Part shown: positions 43,529-53,166 of the stretch, piece after piece
Layout: each line of letters opens with the position of its first letter
Numbering within the stretch: the first letter of the stretch is position 1
NCBI GenBank assembly: GCA_035250975.1
Contig: DATFEP010000063.1
Span: 1-64,000, forward strand
Source: Nitrososphaeraceae archaeon
GTDB lineage: Archaea > Thermoproteota > Nitrososphaeria > Nitrososphaerales > Nitrososphaeraceae
Direction: 5' to 3'
Length of the DNA: 64,000 nt
The notes under the pieces: generated by a model
What the model was told of the DNA's origin: nothing
Database searches by the model: none
What the model saw: only the letters and a program-made list of their open reading frames with translations
Made by a program: the position numbers and the translations under genes

Positions 43529-43948
43529 CTAGGATGTAAAATCAAAATTTTCACTAATCCCGGAATGGAAAGTGGTTGACAGATGTGCACTTTCTTCGTT
43601 CCGGAATGGGACGCGAGTCACCAATTACGAAGTTGGTATGTGTAATTATGACAAACTGGTTTATTTTTATTTATAATAGAAAATATTTAGAGGTATATTG
43701 AACTAATACACTATCCGAAAAATAATTAGATTAACTATACTCTTTTAGGACCAAATATATGATCTATTTAGATTTTTCAATCGTGTCTAGTGTTTCAGAA
43801 ATCGTCATTACTATGCTTTTTATCTTTTATTGAGTCAGGAAATTATGTTATATTTAAGAAATGGTTAATAAATTTTGAACTATATAAAAAAAGACAAAAA
43901 CAGCAGATTTACAAAACAATAAAATGTTTATTGATACAAAATTGATTA

Positions 43949-44833
43949 TTGAAATCGAACTTTAAACTTTCCATCTTTTCTTTTGCTATCTCACTTTTTA
44001 TGCTGCTTTCTATTACAAATTATGTTTACGGATTTAATATTATTACGGTAGGGGACGTTGATTGTAAATCTACTGCAAAAGAATTAGTAAACGATATTGT
44101 AAAAAAAGCTGCGGATTTTTATTTATGGTTAGGAGATCTTTCATATACAGAAACCCCTGAAGGTGATGAATGTTTTCTAGATATGTTAAAAAACAAAGAA
44201 ATACTAGATAAATCTTATATTGTTCTAGGAAATCATGACCTTTTGAATGAAAAAGATTATCTTAACACTTTTAATCTAACCAAGCCATATTATTCTTTAG
44301 ATTTTAATTATAAAATAAAGGATTATAAAAATAATTTAAATATACATTTAATAGTCATTAATTCAGAAGAAGAGATTTTGAAGAATACCCAACAATACGA
44401 GTGGATTGAAAATGATCTTGATAAAGTATGGAATAACGGAAAGGAGCTTTATAATTATACATTGGTTGCCACTCATAGACCATTATATGGCGCAAAGGAT
44501 GTCAAACAAGAATTGGGGGAAGTTAAATTATCCTCGTTTCAGTCTCTTCATCCTTTATTCCAATCCAGGGGTGTTGATCTTGTCCTTTCAGGTCATCATC
44601 ACGTCTATTATCGCATGGTTCCTTTGGATGGAATACAATACATAACCATAGGTACTGGCGGTGCACCCCAACATCATTTTTTTACAGCTGATGAAAAACC
44701 GAAGAATATTTTCATTAGATTTGCAGGAATTCATGGATTTTTAAATATTGATTTTTCCGACAAAATTTATGGAACTTTTGTTGATATACCAGATAACAAC
44801 GTATTGGACTCCTTCTCTATTCAATCTAATTGA
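43949..44833 (+). CDS. Secreted metallophosphoesterase
   Basis: VGDVD, LGDLSY, LGNHD, THRPLY, SGHHHVY, GTGG; signal peptide. Confidence 0.9.
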   Translation: MKSNFKLSIFSFAISLFMLLSITNYVYGFNIITVGDVDCKSTAKELVNDIVKKAADFYLWLGDLSYTETPEGDECFLDMLKNKEILDKSYIVLGNHDLLNEKDYLNTFNLTKPYYSLDFNYKIKDYKNNLNIHLIVINSEEEILKNTQQYEWIENDLDKVWNNGKELYNYTLVATHRPLYGAKDVKQELGEVKLSSFQSLHPLFQSRGVDLVLSGHHHVYYRMVPLDGIQYITIGTGGAPQHHFFTADEKPKNIFIRFAGIHGFLNIDFSDKIYGTFVDIPDNNVLDSFSIQSN

Positions 44834-44993
44834 GAAATCATTAATTTGCAACTCTTTTGATTGGTAATTGTTCAGTAAAATCCTTCCAAACGATATTTTT
44901 TCATATTTAGTTATATTTTTATTGTGTATTGTAATATTATATCATAATTGTAAGCAAACATTATATAATGTAATACACATTACATCATGTAAA

Positions 44994-45527
44994 ATGATTA
45001 ATAAGGTGAAAGAATCATGGAATTTTAAAAAGATCTTTGAAGATCTTAATAGAGAATTTGCGACAGCAGAAAATATGTTGGACTAAATCTTTATAACAAC
45101 AGGAGAAAGTAAGACGTCTGTGAAACGAAATGTTCCATATTTTTATGGCTATCAAATTATTGTAGGTCCAGATGGGAAACCTCACATCAGTGAATTTGGA
45201 AACGTAAAACCAAGTAAAAAAGCATTAGTAGAAAGTGATATAAGAGAACCTTTAGTTGATGCAATGTTTAATGAAAAAGATAGTACATATGTTTTAACTG
45301 CTGAAATGCCAGGAGTAACAAAAGAAGATATTAAGGTAAAAATCTCAGAAAAGACTGTAGTCATAAGTGCTGAACGTGCAGATAAAAAATACTATAGTGA
45401 ATTTCCATTGGACCTTGAATTAAATGCAAACTCTGCAAAGGTAAGATACATAAACGGGATATTGGAGATTAAGATAAAAACAAAGGAGCGACCCAAACCA
45501 AAGTCAACAGGCGTTAAAGTTGAATAA
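44994..45527 (+). pseudogene. Archaeal small heat shock protein Hsp20 with an in-frame TAA at 45084 (or restart at GTG 45120)
   Basis: PYFYGYQI.VGPDGKP.I.EFGNV, REPLVD, AEMPGV.KEDI, Y.NGILEI; N-terminal MINK..FKKIFEDLNREF is in the same frame. Confidence 0.8.
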
Positions 45528-45845
45528 TTCTTTTTTTAAGTTTAAGAATAAAGGACTAAAAATAACAAGGTAAATCTTCGAGAGTTCTTTGGGTAAAATT
45601 ATTCAAAAGAGTAACAAATCAATAGTTAATAACAGTGGTATAGCGTGATCACTAGTAGCAGCCGATTAATATCCTAGATGATGAAACAATATGAGAATTT
45701 TTTTAACTTTATTTTAGTTTTAAACTAATTAGCATAGTTTAACTGTCTTGATTCATTGCGGTAATCCTTGGAATATTTCATATTATTTTCTTAAATTCTC
45801 TAATATTCGATGTTAAAATCCGTTAACTGTGATCTTATATTATCT

Positions 45846-45898
45846 GGGTTCAGTACTCTGTAAACCAAATTTGACCTAAAAAGCGGATTTTGATTTTT
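45846..45898 (-). repeat. Repeat type B, copy 6 (inverted)
   Basis: Reverse complement aaaaatcaaaatccgctttttaggtcaaatttggtttacagagtactgaaccc. Confidence 0.85.
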
Positions 45899-46757
45899 TG
45901 TTAGCAATTGTTTTAGATTTCATACTCAAGTCGACATAAAATTAATTTATTATTATCATTTTTCTTACTCCAATATTATCAACTACACAATACTCCTCAT
46001 TTATCTAAATAAAGTCTCTACGGGAAATTTGAGAATGAGTTTTCTTTTTGTTTAATGGGGATTCGACAGGTTTATTCTGCTTTTTAAATTTAAGCCAAAT
46101 TCTTCCTACATTTTAATATATTTTAAATTGCAATTCCCAAACTAGAACATAGAGACTAAAGAGTGCTTGATGGCTCGTTTTATTATTTCTAATAAAGATC
46201 TCTGATTCAGGTTCTATAGAGAAATATACCTGCACTTCATAATTAAGTTTGTAAACATGCTATGAGATTTATTAAATATATATCATTTAATCTTAAAAGT
46301 ACATACAATTATAGTAATTAGATAGTTTATTGTATTACTATTACTAAAATTGTGGATTTTGAAGATTGTTATGTTCTGTTTCTAACTTATTAATTCAATC
46401 TTCATTTTAAAATGAGCAGAATGGATAATTAAACACCTTTGTAACCATATTAGATAGAGTGCGGTACTAAATAAATACATATGATAAGAGGAAACCAGTA
46501 GTTTCCCTTGTAATGTTGCCACTTTAAAAGAATTCTACATAATAACAACATATCAAAACTATAAATGTACAATACACTAACAACGATTATTATTACTATT
46601 AAAGTTCTTTAATATTTAGAATTAGAATAGTTATCTTAAGTTCTAATAATAATCTTTGGGGCGATGGTTTCGGACGAAGTAGTCTTATTGTCATAATAGA
46701 CCGGATAGTTTAAACTATCTTGTTATGTGAAAAATATTATGTAGTTTTAAATATAAA

Positions 46758-47135
46758 ATGATACTATTACTAGTTATGCGAACAGCTAATGATAGCAAGA
46801 ATATAATCACAAAATCGATAAAAGATAGTGATGTTTATGACCTACTGTTACAAATACCTGCAGGCAAGGTATCTACTTATGGGGATTTTGCAAAAGCTCT
46901 TGGAAATCCTTCATATTCAAGAATAATAGGACGAATACTTGCGAAGAATCCAAACCCAATTAAAGTGCCATGTCACAGGGTAGTGATGTCTGATGGTAAA
47001 GTTGGTGGTTATTTTTATGGCAGTGACAAAAAGAGGCAGTTGCTTGAAAAGGAAGGAATATCTTTTACTAACGGAATAGTTACCAATTTTAAAAATGTTA
47101 GATCAGTCATCATCAAAAATGACAATAAACTTTAG
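46758..47135 (+). CDS. O6-alkylguanine-DNA alkyltransferase (MGMT/Ogt family)
   Basis: IPAGKVSTYG..AK.LG.P...R.IG, NP.PIKVPCHRVV active site, K..LL.KEG. Confidence 0.9.
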   Translation: MILLLVMRTANDSKNIITKSIKDSDVYDLLLQIPAGKVSTYGDFAKALGNPSYSRIIGRILAKNPNPIKVPCHRVVMSDGKVGGYFYGSDKKRQLLEKEGISFTNGIVTNFKNVRSVIIKNDNKL

Positions 47136-48370
47136 AGTTTTGCTGTGAATAATTATATCATCTTTATACCAATTTCAAGCTAATCAAAAACAGTATTAAC
47201 ATTGTATTATGGTTTAGTATCTCTAAGGGTTTTCTCGAAACAATATTGTAATTTGTATAAACCATAGATATTTTTGATTCCAATCTATTCTTGGTGGCCG
47301 ATCATTTTTTCATTTATAAGACGTACAATTTTATTCAATATAGTTTTTATAAATATATACATTAACATATCATCGTTCTAAAAGTTTGGTTTATTGTACA
47401 CATAATTATTTATTTTGGACTTGGGCAAGTTGTACAATCAATTGAATTGAGTAATATCTTTCATTACAAAGAAAGCCTCCTTGTTCAGGTGGAAACGAAG
47501 GTGTTTATTTAATTTGTTTTTGTCTGAATGGGAATCCGCGTTCTGATCCAAAGCTCAATAAGTAAATAGCAAGAGCAGTTTTTTATCATCATTATGCTAG
47601 GACCTGTGGTCCTTTGTCTTGTGATGCAACTTCAGCAAACAGAAATTGAATTTTGTTCCTGTAACTTCCTTTATTGTGTCTGAGAACCATGGTTTTTAGT
47701 ATAGTCCAAAGCTAGCCTAGTTGTATTTGAATAAGTATCTAAGTAATTAGAATCACCATCCCATACAACTTTTCATTTTGTAATAATCTATCAAAATCAA
47801 TTTGTATCCTCATATTTCTATAACTTTTGACAATCGTTTACAAGAACCACCTCTTGGCAAAACGTTGCGTACAGTATATTCATTAATTAGATTAATTTTT
47901 GGATTTTTTGCATTCACTATTAATGCAGTGTGCATAAGGTAGATAACCTTGCAATATCGCTGCCTGTCATGATGAGAAAAATATGCAATTTCTTTTTACA
48001 ATCTTTTTCCTGACTTACAATCGTCTTTATCGCATATCTAAATTGTATGTCTCCCATCAAACAGATAGATCTCATTTTGTCCTATTATTTTTAGTTCTAT
48101 ATTACTAGTATCATTATGAACTGTTATGTTCATATCTTAATTTATGGCATCATGAAAAATAATACTAAGAATATTCGTTCTCCATCATGTATTTCGCTTA
48201 TGCCAAATGTTCGTTTGCAACGATCAAATATTCTTCACGATCAAGTTAACGAAAGGATGAATTAATATTGTTATTACATTATCATCTATCTCTTCTTTTC
48301 TCTTCTTAACATATCAAATCGGCTATTGTATCTTTACATCAAATTCTTTTAGTAACCTTTCGATAATCAA

Positions 48371-49480
48371 TTAATGTTCGGTTTGAATCATGACAAGTTT
48401 GTCTGTTCCAGATTCTGCACCCCATACTTGTCCTGAAACTCCCAGAATCTGACGTACGTTGGCATCTGCACTAGGCAATACAAATACCTCAAAACTTTCT
48501 TGGATAGGATCAAATCGGACTAAGGCATTGGCTCCGAAATCGCTTGTCCATACAATATCATTCTTATCTACATAAATCGCATAGGGTTGCGGGTTATCGC
48601 CTGGGAGTTTCCACTCTGTCCATTTATCTATAAACGGATTATAAGCAGCTATCTGTCCTGCTTTCCATTCACTGATCCATAGATTACCTTCAGAATCAGA
48701 CCAAACACGTCTAGCTCCTTGATCAGGAGTAGATGGCTCTATAACAGTAGCACCTCCCGTTTCTAAATTAATACTCGCGATGTGGTTTCCAGCTAGTGAA
48801 GCATAGTAAACGCTACCATTTGGTGTTGTCGTAATACCATATGGTCCTTGTCCTTCAGGAGCGTTGAAGACCTCGACGTGTCCACTAGCTGGATCCAAGC
48901 GACCATAAATACCACTCTGTCCAGTAAACCATAGAACACCGTGAAGGTCAAATGTAGCAGTATTTAGATTAGCATAGCTATCACCTTTAGGTAGCGAAAA
49001 CAGTCTGATCTCTTCAGTCTGGGGATCAACACGTATAATTGCATTGAGTCCTCCATCTGTTACCCAAGGCGCGCCGTCAGGTCCTACAATAACGCCGTGT
49101 GGTGCAGAGTCACGACCAAGCTTAATATGATGAGTTTTACCAGTAATTGGGTCCATTCGACCCAGTTCACCGGATCCTTGAGCTGTATACCATATAGTTC
49201 CATCCGGTGCAGGAGCCACGTCGTGTGGGTGCGACCCTACTGGAACTGGAAACTCTCGTATCATAGGATTGATTAAGCGCTCAGCCTCAACTGATCCAAC
49301 AATTGACATCTTATTAAATGTGGACATTAGAGCTTGAGTAATTGTAGGAGAAGACCATGTCTTTTCAGTTGATTGTACAGCTAATTCTTGAATTGTTATT
49401 TCAGGTAAAAAAACACAACAAGACAAGGCCAATAATAATCCTGATAGATATTTCGAAATTATATTACATGAATATAACAA
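48371..49480 (-). CDS. Virginiamycin B lyase (Vgb)-like beta-propeller protein
   Basis: HPHDVAPAPDGTIWYTAQ, APHGVIVGPDG.PW.TD, NLNTATFD, GPYGI, GARRVWSD, VWGAESGTDKL. Confidence 0.85.
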   Translation of the reverse strand: MLYSCNIISKYLSGLLLALSCCVFLPEITIQELAVQSTEKTWSSPTITQALMSTFNKMSIVGSVEAERLINPMIREFPVPVGSHPHDVAPAPDGTIWYTAQGSGELGRMDPITGKTHHIKLGRDSAPHGVIVGPDGAPWVTDGGLNAIIRVDPQTEEIRLFSLPKGDSYANLNTATFDLHGVLWFTGQSGIYGRLDPASGHVEVFNAPEGQGPYGITTTPNGSVYYASLAGNHIASINLETGGATVIEPSTPDQGARRVWSDSEGNLWISEWKAGQIAAYNPFIDKWTEWKLPGDNPQPYAIYVDKNDIVWTSDFGANALVRFDPIQESFEVFVLPSADANVRQILGVSGQVWGAESGTDKLVMIQTEH

Positions 49481-49770
49481 TTTCCGCTTAGATAACTCTG
49501 CCGTTACTTAAATAATTTTGTTTCTAAAACTGTGATTTTAAATATAATACTAAACCATCTTTTGTATACTTTATATATTACGATATAGGGTATAGTATGC
49601 TAGTTATCGGTGAGCTAGAGTTTCTATACATATTAAATAAATTCTATTATAATAAAATCGACATACTAAAATATATAATGAAATAATTCTTTATTTACTA
49701 AAAATGGTATGAAACTCCGATAAAATGTATAAATTCTTATTACAAACCTGTCATAAATATGATCTTTTCC

Positions 49771-51135
49771 CTATTTATTTTGCTTGCCTGTTCCTTTAGT
49801 AAAGAATATTTCATGATTACCTGGGGTAAAATCTTCCCATACAACATAGATATAATTTTCAGATGCTGCAATTTGGGGACACTCTGAAATGCCTATATTA
49901 TTACTTAAATTTAATACTTTAGTCGCCTGAAAATTGTTTTTAATATTTGTTATAAATATGTCTTGGTTTTCTTTTGAAATTACGTCTTGCCATACTATAT
50001 TTGAAGGACTATTAGCGATTGTTTCAACATTCGTAGGATGGTTAATCTTATTAGAATAATTTTGATCTTTAAATTTAGTCACGTTTTCTAAAATTGTATA
50101 TGGATCCGTAAAAGTAGTACCATTATCATCACTTTTGACGAAAAAGATGCCATTTATATTTTTTGAATGTAATCCTCCCCAAACTACAAATATTTCATTT
50201 TTAGAAACTGCTATTTGCGCTTCTCCAAAATTATTATGGGCTATCTTATTGATATTTTCAAAACTATTTCCGTTATCATAACTTCTAGTAAAAAATAGTC
50301 CGTTATTTTTAAAATCATCCAAACCGCCATCATTATTTTCATTATTCCACACAACATATACATAATCAAAATAGGAATTTATCTTCGGATAAGCATCTCT
50401 AGTATTGTTTGTTAGTTCTTTTGTATTATTGAATGTCTTTCCGCTATCTGAACTGCTTTTAAACATGATACTAGACAAAGTTTTTTTATTATTATTGTAA
50501 AACATTGGGTCAGTTTCTTGCCACACAACATACACATTTTCATCAGAAGCCGAAATTTCTTGATTATTTGAATTTTTTGAATTATTGCTTAAGTTTATTG
50601 GTTCACTAAATGTTGTACCATTATCCAAACTTCTGCTAAACAATATGTTGATGTTATTAGAATTAGTATTGTCTGCCCAAACTATAAAAATTCCATTTTT
50701 AGATACGGCAATCTGAGGATGTTCTGAAATTCCAATATTATTACTCAAATTGATAGATTTACTGAACGTACTCCCATTGTCTAAACTTTTTTTAAAATAA
50801 ATGTCATAATTATTTTCAGAGTTATCATCAACAGACTCTTGCCATACCAGATATACATTATTATCAATTGCAGCTATCTGAGCATACACAGAGTCGAGTT
50901 TATTGTTTGTGATATTAATTATATTTGAAAAGTTCCAGTCCGATATAAAAGAATTATTATAGCCATTTTGAATCTGCAAGAAACCATTGAAAGGTAACTT
51001 TTCAGCTGTTTCATTTATCGCAAAAATCTCAGAAAAATAAAATAAAGAACTAAGGATAACGGCTAATAAAATGAATTTCAGATGGAACCAGATTACCTTA
51101 TAAACATTTTTGGAATTTAACTTACGAATAATCAT
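49771..51135 (-). CDS. Secreted BNR/Asp-box repeat (sialidase-like) protein
   Basis: Repeated S.DNG.TFS..INLS.N.G.S..PQIA....VYVVW units; signal/TM. Confidence 0.85.
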   Translation of the reverse strand: MIIRKLNSKNVYKVIWFHLKFILLAVILSSLFYFSEIFAINETAEKLPFNGFLQIQNGYNNSFISDWNFSNIINITNNKLDSVYAQIAAIDNNVYLVWQESVDDNSENNYDIYFKKSLDNGSTFSKSINLSNNIGISEHPQIAVSKNGIFIVWADNTNSNNINILFSRSLDNGTTFSEPINLSNNSKNSNNQEISASDENVYVVWQETDPMFYNNNKKTLSSIMFKSSSDSGKTFNNTKELTNNTRDAYPKINSYFDYVYVVWNNENNDGGLDDFKNNGLFFTRSYDNGNSFENINKIAHNNFGEAQIAVSKNEIFVVWGGLHSKNINGIFFVKSDDNGTTFTDPYTILENVTKFKDQNYSNKINHPTNVETIANSPSNIVWQDVISKENQDIFITNIKNNFQATKVLNLSNNIGISECPQIAASENYIYVVWEDFTPGNHEIFFTKGTGKQNK

Positions 51136-51224
51136 ATAATTATTAGTATACGATTCTAATCTATTTCAACCTATTTGAAACTAGTCTTTCATACTCTGCT
51201 ATTTTTTAAAAATTAAATAAAAAA

Positions 51225-52721
51225 TTAGGAAAGGATTTTTCCGGTAATTTCTACTTTTTTATCTCCTTTTGGAATGAATACTGAGATTTCTTTTGTTACA
51301 TCTTTTTGTTGTAGCTGTTGATCACTTAGACTACTACTTGGTATTTCTTTAATTTCTACTTTTTTTCCATCTATCAATACTGTCATATTTCTATCTCCTT
51401 CAATAATTGTGTCTAAAACTGTTCTTGGAATTTTAATTTGTAACTCTCCTCCATCTGAAGATGTCACTTGCATTGATAGAGTTTTATTCTCACTATCCAA
51501 AATAGCAGCTGAAGTTAAATATGGAGAAATAAACCTATCCTTCTCTCCAGCAGCAGTAGAAGTATCCATCAATACAGGATTTAATATTTGAACATCTTGA
51601 CCATGTACTATAATGTTATCTACAAACAAGATTGGAGGTTCTTGTGTTACTACGGGTACACTAAGAGCATATGATTCTGGTCCCAAAACAAAAATATTAT
51701 TAGAAAACTTTATAGAAGCGTATAACTTGTGAGAATTTGAATCAACAACAATATCATTTGGTGTTCTACCATCTAGTTCTATCACTGCCTCGATTTCGTT
51801 GTTATCTCCATTAATTTTTACGACTTTGTCAATATCATGAAATGATGCATAGATCTTGTGTTCGTTAGTATCTACTACTACTGATTGACCTTCAAAACCG
51901 ATAGGTATTTCCTTGATTACTTTTTTGTTTAAAATATCTACTACAGCAATATAGGGACTATTATGATGACCAATATATGCAAGATGTTTACCATTATCTA
52001 TACCAATACCCCAAGGAGAAATACCTGTATCTACTGTTCCTGTTATCTCATTTGTATCTCCTGAAATAAATGTCAACTTTTTGGAAGCAAAACTTGTTAC
52101 CAAGACCTGATTGGTAACAGGGTCTACCTTTACATCTATGGGATGTGCAGAAACTTGTATTGTTTTTACTATTGTGTCATTATTTTTGGTATCTATTACT
52201 ATTACCTCATCAGTGTTATAGTTTGCAATGTATAATAGCTCATTATTAGGGTTATATTCAAGAGATGTTCCGCCAGTAATCACTGTCGAAGTTACCAATG
52301 CAGTATCTGCCAATCTCTGTGGAAATTGTATAGCAGACCCAGGAATGGCAATTGTCTTTAACAATTTTTTAGTTGTAATATCATATACCTCAATTTCTCC
52401 AGTTTGAAACGTAGCAACATATAGTTTATTTTTATCATTAACGCCTTCGACATCAATTACACCTTGTGTTGTATTGATTGTTCCAACAACTTTATCGGAT
52501 ACTGTACTAATAATAGATATTACTGGTTGACCTAAATTAGATACAAATAATAACGGTTCGTCTAATGACATTTTCATAGGTCTTTCTGTTACAGCAATTT
52601 CTTTTACTACATGGTGAGCAAATGAGCTTTGACTTGGAAGATAAAGTATGTTTAACATAAAGATGGATATGAAAATTGTAGATGTTAAAAAAACAATATT
52701 AGAAGTGGCTTGTTTTACCAT
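51225..52721 (-). CDS. Secreted YncE/YVTN beta-propeller protein with a C-terminal archaeal surface-protein domain
   Basis: YVTN-like repeats (LYIANY..DEV.VID, P..V.VDP.TN..V.); C-terminal DGGELQIKIPR.VLD..VLIDG..G.KKVEI.G. Confidence 0.8.
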   Translation of the reverse strand: MVKQATSNIVFLTSTIFISIFMLNILYLPSQSSFAHHVVKEIAVTERPMKMSLDEPLLFVSNLGQPVISIISTVSDKVVGTINTTQGVIDVEGVNDKNKLYVATFQTGEIEVYDITTKKLLKTIAIPGSAIQFPQRLADTALVTSTVITGGTSLEYNPNNELLYIANYNTDEVIVIDTKNNDTIVKTIQVSAHPIDVKVDPVTNQVLVTSFASKKLTFISGDTNEITGTVDTGISPWGIGIDNGKHLAYIGHHNSPYIAVVDILNKKVIKEIPIGFEGQSVVVDTNEHKIYASFHDIDKVVKINGDNNEIEAVIELDGRTPNDIVVDSNSHKLYASIKFSNNIFVLGPESYALSVPVVTQEPPILFVDNIIVHGQDVQILNPVLMDTSTAAGEKDRFISPYLTSAAILDSENKTLSMQVTSSDGGELQIKIPRTVLDTIIEGDRNMTVLIDGKKVEIKEIPSSSLSDQQLQQKDVTKEISVFIPKGDKKVEITGKILS

Positions 52722-53166
52722 TATTAGAAATTTGATTCAAAAGTATTTTAATATAACTATTTTCATGTTATCAATTACGGATAAAATGTTGAGACTGACA
52801 TAAAGTAATTTTTTATACTCATTAAAATTAGAAATAAATATTAAGTATTTTAATTATTACTTCATATAATAGATTATCTAACATCCTATGAAAAAGTGTC
52901 AAACAGTCTTGTCAGAAATTAACTCCAATAACACCTGGATTTTTGTAACCCTCTGTTCAAAACACAAAAGTTCTGAATTGACTACTCTTACAGTTGAAAA
53001 ATATAAATAAAAATCTAGAAAAATATGAATAAAAGGTTGGTTGAAATGAAACTATTTACATAGTTTACTTTACTATGGCTCCTACGTCAGTTACAAAGAT
53101 AAGTAAATTCAATGATCTTGATCGTGCCAGAAAAAGGAATAAAAATAAGATTATCTAAACTTTGAT

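Noticed and set aside
43558-43612. HDV-like ribozyme suggested by the GAATGGGAC ending
   Set aside because: The nested P1/P2/P3 pseudoknot pairings could not be built; kept only as a generic structured element
46657-46680. Fluoride riboswitch or tmRNA 5' end (ggggcgatggtttcggacg; also ggggattcgacagg near 46057)
   Set aside because: No complementary CGCC strand or downstream pseudoknot, no tmRNA body, and no fluoride exporter downstream
47460-48075. Coding-like minus-strand stretch considered as a TnpB or other pseudogene
   Set aside because: Many stops and no recognisable RuvC or zinc-finger motifs; family could not be assigned
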